NCBI GenBank assembly: GCA_048128005.1
Contig: JBEUKZ010000101.1
Span: 62,001-126,000 of the forward strand
DNA: 64,000 nucleotides
Source of the DNA: Veleropilina oligotropha
Lineage: Eukaryota
Direction of reading: 5' to 3'
Shown piece by piece: positions 34,401 through 45,488 of the stretch; position 1 is the stretch's first letter, and each line of letters begins with the position of its first letter. A model generated the notes under the pieces. The model had not been told where the DNA came from, made no database searches, and saw nothing but the letters and a program-made list of their open reading frames with translations. The position numbers and the translations under genes were made by a program.

Positions 34401-37400
34401 TTGTTTGGTTAATTTTTTTTCACCAAATTTTTACCAGAGGGTGAGTACATTGTATAACAATGTTCAGTTTTGTTGTTCGGTCAGAGGTCAAGGTCACAGA
34501 GGTCAGAATGTACTTTAAAGATCACCGACTTTGTCCGGCCTATATCTCAGATCCTATACATGCCGGCATGATTTCCTTTCACATATTATTCACCCCTTAC
34601 ATGACATTGTGCAAGGCGGCAAAATTTTCCAAAAATGACTTCATTTGATCCCCACATCGTGACCGGGCTTGTGATTTATTTGTAGATGCATGGCTTCCAC
34701 TTCAAGCATGTGCAGGATGATAACATTTTGTGTTCCCTTATTGATTTTCAATAGGTTGTGACTTTTAGAACTTAATGAGGGTCTGAGTGCGGAATGATTT
34801 ATCTGAAATGGGGAGACATATGTTTTTGTGTAAATCCTCGAGTTCAAATTTTAAATTTCTATTCACCGTAGTTGCTAATATGGTCAATATATCCATTTCT
34901 ATTTCACATTTAAATGGTGCTATGGTGGTCGTATGATCCTAGTTTCACACCGAACAGCCCAACAATTAATGAGAAAATGATGTTTTGTTTTGTGATTTAT
35001 AAACAAAATGCATTCAGTGATTTCTTGGTAGAGCACAAGTTACCCACCATGGGGATTGTCATTTGAAAAATAAGCCTCCTAGTGTTAATTTCTCCTTAGT
35101 TCTATTAACAAAATAACAGTGGGTTACCTCAGCTTGTTGGCCAGATTAAATTGAGTGACAAAGGATTTGACAACTTGCCAATGGAAGCGTCCACTCTCAT
35201 ATCGCACTCATGAGAATTTTACCTTGGACAATTTTGTGTTTAAAGTGGTGACAGCTTGAAATTTACAATAGATTTCCATGGTGTGTATAACAGATAATAC
35301 AGCTGCCTCCCCTCGGCGATATACACATAAAATGCTTTGTTCTCGCTCTCCTTGTTCTGTGTATTTAAACCATTTTATGACATTTTTCTAATGTCTTGGC
35401 CCCCGTGGTCTAACTGACCATATTGTCAGTTAGACCATGGGGGACTACTTTATTACACTAAAAATGGGTTTAGTTTAAGTTGGTTATATCACACGGCTAA
35501 CCGGATAACCTTGTGCAGGTAAACAACTCTGCACTTCGCACCTCATGGTTTAACTGCAGGCTTTTCCGATTAGACCACCAAACCTCGTGGTTTAACCTAT
35601 ACATGACGCGCGGGCTGACAGTGTATTATATATTACTTAACGTAAGCACCAATCCCCCATCCAAGGGGGCCGCTTCGGCAGCGCAGTGGGTAGAGTGTCC
35701 ACTCTTAATTCAGTGGCATGATTCCGCTAATGCGAACAGTAGTGGGTTCAATACCTGGCTGAGGCATTGAAATTTGTTCAAGTTATGAATCACAGTTGTC
35801 CGTGACTGGCCGAAGAGGGCGGGTTTACCCGGGCGACCGGGGTTTCCTCCCGCGATAACACGGACATGTCCTGCCTTGAACCTCGATGTTGTAAATATAC
35901 AGGACATTAAGCATAATTCCTCCTCCTCCTCCCCCATCCAAGGTTGACACGAATAGTTAACAAATCTCGAGTCGTCAGAAGATAACCAACTACTGAATAC
36001 GTGCACCAAGATTTGAAAATATAAGTCTTGCGATTAAGATACTTCGGAAAAGACAAATGTCAAGGGCAATAACGGTGTCTGAGATATGCGCCAGAAATGA
36101 TATCGATTATATACAGACAGACGGACAGACTAGGTGATCGCAAGATTCAGCATTTATTATCCCTGACCGTCCATCCGTCCGTCCAAATTATCTTTTCCGG
36201 AGCATATCTCATACACCGCTCGACATAACTTTTTGAAACTTCCTGGGTGTATTAAGTGCTCTGTGAACTGGTGCCTTGTGCTAGTTTTTATGTCATGTCG
36301 CTATTATTAACAGAGTTTTTGCCCTTGTCTTAAATTTGTTAATGTTATCTTTTCCGGAGCGTAGCTCATACACCACTTGAAATAACTGTACAAAACTTGC
36401 TGGATGTATTCAGTAGTCGGTGAACTGGTGCATTTTGCGAGTTTCGACGTTGTGCGGCGATCATTAACAGAATTATTTCCCTTGTTCTAAATTTGGTAAA
36501 ATGTTATCTTTTCCGGAGCGTAGCTCATACACCACTCGACTTGACGAACTTGCTGGGTGTATTAAGTTGTCGGTGAACTGGTGCCTTTTGCTACTTTCGG
36601 GGTTGTGCGGCAATTATTAACAGAGTTATTGCCCTTGATGTAAATTTGTTAATGTTCTCCTTTCCGAAGCGTATCTCATAAACCGGTTGGCATAACTTTA
36701 TGCAATCTGCTCAGTGCTGGGTGTATTAAGCAGTCGTTGAACTGGTGCCTTGCAAGTTAGGACAAAGTTATTCAATTATTGCATGTGGGCTGCTCAAGAT
36801 ATATTTCATACATGTATATGCTGGTTGATAGATCTAGGAATTAAAGCCCAATTTCAATAAGAAATCTCAATACCGTGCAAATATTGTACTAAATCTGATT
36901 CTTGCATATATTGACAAAATGCTTTACCCGCTATATCGATAGCACTGAATTGTTCTAAATTTTGCAGCTGTATTATAATACATAAGACATGTTAGTTTTT
37001 ATGTCTTGAAAGGACAAGACATTATCAAATGGTCCGTGTGTATTTATATATATATATATATATACTTATATATATATATATATATCCGTCGATTTATTTG
37101 AAAACTACCGGACCAATTATTACCAAAATTGGTACATACATTCCCAAGACTATTTGTAGGTCGTGTATATAACTTTCATTACAAAATTTCGTAAAATATG
37201 CTTTTTATAGGCATTTTTATGCATAATCACCATGGTGACTAGGCCTAAGCAAAGTTATGACGTCATTATATTGTGACAAAATTATGATGTTATAGTTAGT
37301 GGCATCATATAATTAAATTGGCATCTGTCAGAAAATCATGAGTTGGAAGTAAATACATCATATGGATGTATATGTTAGATTGTATAATAACATGTAACAT

Positions 37401-40400
37401 ACACTAATATCCAACAGACGGTCCTAGCAGACAAAGGTCAAGACATAGTCCGAACGCGTCGTTCTTGTTTTACTTTTTCTTGTATACACATTATTTCAAA
37501 TCCGGTAGGTACATGGAACGAAAAAGACTGTCGCGGACGTTACAAAAAATGTTGCGGAGTTTCAGTAGTAGAGTAATATCCATGCAACTTTGTCATAATT
37601 GTGTGCAAAAATTAGTGCACAATATTACTAATTATGAATTGTATAATTGCTTACCATTGTACAATACTTTTTCTGGATTTGACAGTGTCAAATTGATTAT
37701 ATTGACCTTTTAAGGTTTAACAAATGGTCACTGTTTTGAATCCCATATGTATATGTGATGTTCTACAAGTCATCAACTCCCAGCGCATGTGACCATTGAA
37801 TTCTGTAAAAGTGACGCGTTCGCGCGATTTCATCCGCTTTCTCGAATCTGCCAAACTTGTTAAATGGTATCTTCGACATTAACATCTCAAAAAGTTTCAA
37901 TAATCAGCGAGATCGGATGTTTGAATTAGGCAAAATTGCTTGCGTCATAACTCAAGCAATTTTCATCTATTCTTGACGAATTTGATATGGAATCCGTGAT
38001 GTTTGCGAAAATAGTATATAGGGCAAGTTAGTTAACCAACGATTTCGGTCAATTAGAGTTTGCGTTATTGCTCTTGTACAGTACAGCGACAGAAATATTT
38101 GTTATACAAATTTGTTATTTCTGTTTTTTAGTGGAAAATATAGTGATATTTGTATCTTTTATGTTCATGTTGTAAGTTGATTTTTCTGTTTCAATCCACA
38201 GGAGTGCCAGAACATGTTTCGGAGGTATGTGTCTTGTGATGCAATCATGCAGTGGTGGTATATATTAACTTACGTATAATTACATTTTACGCAATCGAGT
38301 TGGCATATGTCTGCGTGTATGTGTGTGCGCATTTCATACGTAGTTTTGTGCATTACATACGAGGGCGGGGGCCCAGAGGGTGGCGGAGTCTTCTCATTAC
38401 ATACCAGGGTGGCGGCCCAGAGGGTGGCGGAGTCTTCTCATTACATACCAGGGCGGCGGCCCAGAGGGTGGTGGAGTCTTCTCATTACATACCAGGGCGG
38501 GGGCCCAAAGGGTGGTGGAGTCTTCTTGGTTGCTATTCCAGTGGATACAACTCGGATGTACTGAGCCAATAGTTCTCGTTTCAATTCCTGGATGTGCCCC
38601 AAAATAGCAGTGCGAATATAGCTTCACAAAGTTATATGTGAAAAATTGAAATGTGGTTACGTTGTTTTGTAGCACATCACTAAATCAGGACTTCCACGAC
38701 TTCCGATTACAGTTGGACAAACTATATAGGCTAACCTGCAAGAATGATGGCGTGATGAATGAAATCCAGAAACTCGAACTCTGTGGAGACCCAGGTATGC
38801 TTGTACTCATTTTCTTCAGTTGTAAATTTGATATTTTAACACGTCAATACTAATGCGTATAATCAATTAACTGTTTAATATTTATTTAGAAACCAAATGG
38901 TCTCACCATAACAAAATTAAGCAATTCCATAAAATGAAGGAAAAAGGATTAAGAAATGGACTACAGTGCAGATTTCTGAAACATATAATATATTCTATAA
39001 AGCCAGTGTTCGCAGTGAGAGTTGAAATTATATTTAGCAAATTGAATCCATGAAACACATAAAATCGTTATCCAGAAAAAGCTCATCAACAAAGACGTTT
39101 TCGACCCAGCTTGATCGGGTTCATTTGCGGTGGGTCATGTTATACATTCTTTGAGATATAGGCCGCTTTGGTAGCGCAGTGGGTAGAGTGTCCACTCTAA
39201 ATTCACTGGCTTGTTTCCGCTGACGCGAACAGTAGTGGGATCAACCCCCGGCTGAGGCAGCACACATTTGTTCAAGTTATGAAGCACAGTTGTCCGTGAC
39301 TGGCCGAAGAGGGCGGGTTTACCCGGCGACCGGGGTTTCCTCCCACGATAACACGGACATATCCTGCCTTGAACCTCGATATTATAAATATACAGGACAT
39401 TAAGCATAATTCCTCCTTGAGATATGAAATCGACGCACTGCAGCTGACGAGTGTCATCAATTTGCGCAAGTTTCACAAATTTTAACGCTGCATGTCGAAT
39501 ACCACTCGCTGGGGCGTCAATAGCACATCGACTGAATACCATGACATTTCATATTTTATCTAAGGTCTAAGAAATAATTTAACTTTGGTGGTTATGCATG
39601 TTATGCGTAATAGCAATCTTAAAAAAAACATCATTGCACGGGCAAGCCTTCAATGACAATCGGAAACGTAACAGAAAAATTCAATATATTATTATTTAAT
39701 ACTTTATTCTCTCAATGTGAAGTGCAGGTACTCCTGAGGCAACACATCCACCATCCACATCAAGTGCAGGCAACGCATCCACCTTTTACTGTATTCAACA
39801 TTGTTTTCTTCTATGCAAATTTCACATTTTATCTTTCAGTCCGAAGTTTGCAATTCAACCATAAATTTGCTGGTGATTACGTCCGCGTATCGAGAGATGG
39901 TAGGAAAATAGCACGGATCAATTATGGCTCTCTGCTTCTTGGTGATCATCATCCTCCATGCATGAACCAAATTCGCTATCCCTACGCTGTTCTCGGGGAT
40001 GTCCGTATGAAGGCTGGCCGCTTCTATTGGGAGGTAGAAGTACCACAGGCGACAGATGAACAGTGCATATTTGGGTTCGGGGTGACGTCATCAGCGACAC
40101 CAAAAGACTTTGATCCCAGTGACGCCACGTCGTGGGTGGTATATTTAAACAGTAGTACGTCACCAATGACTATCAGCATGTATCATCACAATCTCTGTTT
40201 GCATAACGAGAATTTTGAAGTTACAAATGGACAGCTCACTCACCATTGTGGTCTACTGCTTGACATTCTTAACCGCTCGCTATCGGTTATTCACGTTAAG
40301 AGCAACAAGATTATACACACCATCACAAACATGGACATGTCGCACGGATTTACGCCCATTTTCGTTGTTAATGGTCTCACTGGCACCCTGCGTCTGGTGG

Positions 40401-40456
40401 ACCCCGACGAGATCCAGCGCTCGCCACTACTACCGTTCTTCACAGCCATCATGTGA
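25454..40456 (+). CDS. TRIM (RBCC) E3 ubiquitin ligase with PRY/SPRY (B30.2), 530 aa. Coding exons: 25454-26020, 32198-32272, 32520-32708, 38202-38224, 38673-38794, 39840-40456
   Basis: All five introns are GT..AG with compatible phases (0,0,0,2,1), and the exons sum to 1593 nt. Domains: C3HC4 RING (CAIC..CGHSYCLKC..CPLC), B-box1 (CGIC..CGEC..YCQKC..H..H), degenerate B-box2, coiled-coil exons, SPRY (GRFYWEVEV, FGFGV, GLLLD). AATAAA follows at about 40759 and 40893. An acceptor at 25441 implies an upstream non-coding exon. Confidence 0.88.
26846..31547 (-). mobile_element. Ty3/Gypsy LTR retrotransposon (Mag-like) in TRIM intron 1
   Basis: Identical 136-bp TG..CA LTRs (26846-26981, 31412-31547), 5-bp TSD CAGGT, PBS TGGTGTCAGA next to the 5' LTR, and PPT AAAAAAAGGGAGA next to the 3' LTR. 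Confidence 0.96.
27293..31262 (-). CDS. Gypsy gag-pol polyprotein (gag, PR, RT, RH, IN), split by one frameshift in RT near 29628
   Basis: Gag zinc knuckles CRRC..H and CHNC, protease LDTGAQ, RT VCMDPRDLN / DASQGF|WQ / LPFGI / SMDDII, RNase H ADASKDGLG and IEKELL, integrase HHCC and SDNGPQ...E. The break falls in a T5 run. Confidence 0.93.
33596..34844 (+). mobile_element. HINE/DINE-like element with degenerate internal repeats
   Basis: 5' atgtccccca and 3' tggggagacat subterminal inverted repeats, with recurring gaccttgacc / agatgcatggcccacac units. Related fragments lie at about 32320-32480, 32965-33480, 36155-36760, 36995-37468 and 58045-58270. Confidence 0.6.
35667..35930 (+). mobile_element. 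tRNA-derived V-domain-like SINE with 13-14-bp TSD
   Basis: TSD cccccatccaagg at 35654-35666 and 35931-35943. A-box GGCAGCGCAGTGG, B-box GGTTCAATACC, core gggtttacccgggcgaccggggtttcctccc, (TCC)n tail. Confidence 0.9.
38351..38526. repeat. 44-bp G-rich minisatellite, 4 copies, in TRIM intron 4
   Basis: Unit cattacataccagggcggcggcccagagggtggcggagtcttct at 38351, 38395, 38439 and 38483. Confidence 0.95.
39161..39416 (+). mobile_element. tRNA-derived V-domain-like SINE with 9-bp TSD
   Basis: ttgagatat at 39151-39159 and 39417-39425; same head, core and tail as 35667-35930. Confidence 0.88.
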
Positions 40457-40745
40457 TGAGCAGCTACACCCTGCATCTGGTGGACCCCGACGAGATCCAG
40501 CACTCGCCTCTACCGTTCTATACAGCTGCAGTCTGATGAGCAGCTACACCCTGCGTCTGGTGGACCTCGACGAGATCCAGCACTCGCCTCTACCGTTCTA
40601 TACAGCTGCAGTCTGTTGAACAGGTTCACCCTGCATCTGATGTACCCCGACGAGATCCAGCGCTTGCCTCTGCTACAGTTCTCTACAGCCGTCATGTGAT
40701 GATCAGCTTCACCCTGCATCTGGTGTTCCCCGACGCGATCCAGCG
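40384..40745 (+). repeat. 80-83-bp tandem repeat (about 4.5 copies) made from the last codons and stop of the TRIM CDS
   Basis: Units caccctgc.tctg.tg..cc.cgacg.gatccagc start at 40384, 40467, 40547, 40627 and 40710. Confidence 0.92.
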
Positions 40746-41229
40746 TGGAACGTTACCAAATAAAAACACGATAATTTGCATTCTTAATTGGATTGCTTGC
40801 AACAGTTGTGGCATTTTGTTTTCTTGTATGGGCTGCAATATTCAATTATATTGCACCCACTGTTTATGCTATGACTCGTATGTTAAGGTTTTAATAAAGC
40901 AAAATTTAGTGATGATTTGTAATGTTGTCTTTCATGACAAATGTGATAATAGATTGGATAAATTGTCATGGAAATTGCATGCTGAAAATGTAGTAAACAA
41001 AATGTTCTGTTTCTCCCGGATGTGACGAAAGCAGAAATAGTGCTCTGTGGAATGGTGCTACTTCATGTATTCCTGTACATTTACTGCTGTGATTTTTCAC
41101 TGCATCATTGAGAAGATGGATAAGTTTCATCAAGTATGCAATTAATCATTATCCGAGTCCTCCTTTTTAAACAAGCATAGCCTGACATTTCCGCTATCCC
41201 TCCACGATAAGTGTCTATATATACATGTA

Positions 41230-42742
41230 TACTGAGTCAAAAAAGAAACTTCACATTCTTTCTTCTGGGCACTAAAAAAGAACAAGAGATGGTAAAATGG
41301 TTAAATTGTTATTATTTCATTGCTGAGATGTGTGTGATGTACTCGATACACTGACAGTGCCACAATCAGTTCCATTAGGCTACACCGCCGTTCCAAAACA
41401 TGTGTATACAGAATGTCAAGTCACAAGAATAGAAATTCGAAATTTCTCAGTTCAATATCGTGTATGGCCGCCTCGCGCATTCACCACTGCCAAACACCGT
41501 CTCCTCATCGACCGCCTGATGTTTGTGAACACGTGGTTGGGGATTCTGCGCCATTGCTCTTGCAAGGCAGCGCCAAGTTCCTGCAAATTCTGTGGTTGGT
41601 GTCTAAGACCACGAAGCCTTCTCCCAAGTGCATCCCAAACGTGCTCGATTGGATTACGGTCAGGGGACCTTGATGGCCAGTCCATGACGTTGATTCCAGC
41701 GTTTTGAAGGAAATTTCGTGTCAACATCACGGTATGCGGCAGCGCATTATCATGCTGGAATGTAGACCTGGGCCATGAGCCGCCATGAAAGGAACGAGTT
41801 CAGGGGTGAGCACCTGGTCGCGATAAGCAGCAGCTGTGATGTTTCCACGAATGACCAGAAGTCGAGAACGGTTGTTCCCACAGAAAGCACCCCACACCAT
41901 GCAACTTCCGCCCCCGAATATGTCCACTTCCTGCACACAACACTGGGCATACCGTTCACGACGTCGTCTCCAGACTCTATGCCTGCCGTCCGCGAATCTG
42001 AGGGTAAACCTTGATTCATCGCTAAAGACGACTCGATTCCAGTCTCTTTGTGTCCATCGGAGGTGACGTTGGGCCCACAGCAGACGTTGACGTCGATGAA
42101 ATGGCGTAAATATTGGCCCACGATATGGACGTCGAGGATGGAGATTGGCAGCCCGCAACCGATTTCGAATGGTCTGTTAGGACAGTCGACCTCTAAACAT
42201 CTCAGCCCTGGTTCGTGCAGGCGGCAGAAATCTGTCACGTAGGTGACGTAGGACGATGTAACGGTCTTCTGCTCGTGACGTTACACGTGGACGACCCGAC
42301 CTTGGGCGATCAGAAGTGGTGCCAGTTTCTTGTAGACGAATTCGCAAGTCATACACAGTACGACGGCTGCATCCCATTGCTCTTGCGACGTCAATAACTG
42401 ATCTTCCCGCGTGTAACATGCCAACGGCACGTTCACGTTGCACATTTGACAATCGTGGCATTTAAAGTACCGTTAGAACCGTGGTTTAAAAGTGTTTTTT
42501 CAATTCCTGAGGCCAATGCAAACAAGTGCAAATGAAATCAACATCGACTGCACTGTGCAAAACCTGATTTGGCACTAACGTCATTTGCACGAGGAATGGA
42601 TGAGTTTGAGGAGGGTTTGCTAACGTTTTTCTAGCGTCGAAAGATAGGGATCCCATTTCGGATACATAGATGTATCATCAGAGAAAAATTATTCATCACT
42701 TTTTCAAATTACATTTTGTGAAGTTTCTTTTTTAACTCGGTA
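41230..42742 (-). mobile_element. Tc1/mariner (DD34E) transposon, copy 2, inverted relative to copy 1
   Basis: Same TIRs in a TA context; near-identical reverse complement of 19004-20527. Confidence 0.93.
41452..42461 (-). pseudogene. Tc1 transposase with a premature stop (42177-42179) and a frameshift (about 41760)
   Basis: ORF pieces 42177..42461, 41727..42158 and 41452..41730 tile the protein. WPSRSPDRNPIEH is intact and the D-to-E spacing is 34. Confidence 0.9.
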
Positions 42743-43036
42743 TATATATATATAGTCGGTCATGAGATATTGAATTTTTCATGAAATGTTGCTTTATAAT
42801 AAGTGACTTGTATGTAAATCTAGAGAGAATGGAATTTCTATCAATCTCCGAGGTGCTACACTAATGCCACAGCCCCGAGAGTATTCGTGCGGTTAGGGGT
42901 TTCTTCTGACTTCACGTGTTATTTTAAAGATTCTATTTAAGACATGTATTACTTCATGGACGACATCTAGTACAGGTTTACAGGTTTACGGCATACATCT
43001 TGACTCGAGGTCTACAACATCGCGACTGAAGCCTGG

Positions 43037-45488
43037 ATGACATCTATGCTCTCAACAGTAGAGAAAATTAACACTGTGGAATGGAATACTGTTGTGTCTG
43101 ATGGTGATCCAGATGTAAATAATGCCTTCAGTTCTTTCTCGGATAAATTCATATCAATATACAACGATTGTTTTCCGCTAGTAACGTCATTGCAATATAA
43201 ACCAAAGGTTATTAAACCTTGGATCACACAAGGGATACTTAATTCAATTCGTGAAAAGAATCGTTTATATAGACTTCAACTTAAATTAACCGATCATTTA
43301 ATATGCCGACAATATAGATCATATCGCAACAAATTAAACCACATTCTTAAATACGCAAAGAAAAATTACTTTCATAAAAAATTCAGTGATAGTAGTAATG
43401 ATATAAAGAAAACTTGGAAAATAGTTAATGAACTTCTCAATCGAAAAAATAGGACACATCTTTCTGAACTTTTTATTATTGATGGCACAGAAACGTCCTG
43501 CCCTCAAACGATTGCTACTAAATTTAATGAATATTTTTGTTCAATTGCAAATGACCTTGGTGCAGAAATTCCATCTGTTAGTGTTCACTACTCTGATTAC
43601 CTTAAAGAAAATTTTGATATTGATTTTGAGTTTCAGCAATGTACACCAAGCAAGATTACTAATATTATAATGTCGTCAAAAAATAGTTCACCCGGCGTTG
43701 ATTCGGTGCGCATGTCTATCCTCAAACTGGTTGCTAATTCCATTTGTGTACCACTGTCAAAAATTGTTAATTGGTCCTTTGAATCTGGTGTTGTGCCGTC
43801 TGACCTAAAAATTGCTAATGTTACACCTGTGTACAAGTCCGGTAATGCTAAATTAATATCCAATTATAGACCTATCTCGGTCTTGCCATCATTCAGTAAA
43901 ATCCTTGAAAAAATAGCAGCCGATGACATTAATGGTTTTCTAGAACGCTTTTCAATGTTATGCATAAACCAGTATGGATTCAGATCCAACCATTCTACTA
44001 ATTTGGCAATAATATCACTTTATGAATCACTGGTTGCCGCCAAGGAATCCAAATTGTATAGCTTAGTTACGTTCTTAGACCTGTCAAAAGCTTTTGACAC
44101 GGTGAACCACGAAATATTACTAAAAAAGCTAGAATATTATGGATTCCGAGGATTAAGCAACAAATGGTTCTGTAGTTACTTACATGGACGAGTTCAGCAA
44201 GTCTGTGCTAACGGCACAACATCCGATTTACAACAAATAAACTGCGGTGTTCCTCAAGGGTCAATTTTGGGGCCATTACTATTCCTAATTTACATTAATG
44301 ACATTGCTTTAGTTTCTGATATATTAAAAATTATTCTATTTGCCGACGATACAAGTGCTTTATTGACTAATGCTGACCCACAAGAACTTTTCAATTATAT
44401 GTCTCATGAACTGGATTTACTATGTTCGTGGTTTTCGTGTAATAAGCTCTCTCTTAATGTTAATAAAACAAAGTATATATTATTCAAACCAAACTGTACA
44501 ATGACAGTTCAATTCACACCGATGTTATCTGTAATGGGACATAACATTGAAAGAGTATATTGTTATAAGTTCCTTGGTGTTTATTTAAATGACAAATTGA
44601 ATTGGATTAACCACATTAACGAAATCAGTAAGAAAATTGCCCGCAATATTGGCATGTTGAGTCATATTAAAGACTCTATTAATAAAGGCACACTATTTCT
44701 ACTTTATTATTCACTAATCCATCCATATTTGTCATACTGTAATATTATATGGGCAAATACTTATAAGAGTCATTTAATCCCTTTAATTCGATTGCAAAAA
44801 AGAGCTATAAGAACCATTTCCTTAGTAAGTTCCAAAGAAAATACAATACCTTTATTTATTAGTCTGCAGATCCTACCTCTTCTCGAACTCAATAACTATC
44901 ATGTTCTCCAACTCGCACATAAATTTGTTCACAAATTTGTGACATTACCGATCTCAGCTAGAAGTTACTTTACACGGTTACGCGATGTTCATTCTTATTC
45001 AACTAGATGCAGTTCAACAAAATTGTATCAAGCATTTTATCGAACTGACTTGTCAATGCACACAGTTAAACTAAAGGCTCCCAAACAATGGAACAAGTTA
45101 CCCTCTTCCATTCAAACATGTTTATCGTTCTCTCTGTTCAAGTCGTCACTTAAACGATATCTACTTGACAACATCTCTAGCACTATTACTTAAAATATAT
45201 ATCCGGAGTATATGGTACAGCTTTTATCTGTCAATCCATTTGTTTATGTTCCTACACTGCCATTATGATTGTTACAGTCTATATATTTAATGTATTAATG
45301 ATTTACTTGTATGCTTCTATACTTATTTTGGGATATAACAAGCCCCCTGGGGTTTTCTCCCGCCAACCACTCATGTATTACTATTATTCTTTGTAAACGC
45401 ACTGATATTTTACTTCTTTATTAACTTATTAGTGTATTAAAAAATTTGACTGTGGATGGTGAATAAACAAATTGAATTGAAAAAAAAC
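43037..45488 (+). mobile_element. 5'-truncated CR1/L2-group (Crack-like) LINE with uninterrupted RT ORF 43037-45193
   Basis: Motifs KPWIT, NYRPISVLPSFSKILEK, FLDLSKAFDTVNH, GVPQGSILGPLLFLIYIND, LFADDT, KFLGV, RLQKRAIR. No endonuclease domain. The 3' UTR ends aataaacaaattgaattgaaaaaaaa. Confidence 0.9.

Noticed and set aside
39092..39134. Minimal hammerhead ribozyme or Penelope end on the minus strand (atgaacccgatcaagctgggtcgaaaacgtc)
   Set aside because: Stem II and GAAA are present, but the CUGANGA core is not intact and stems I/III are not evident.
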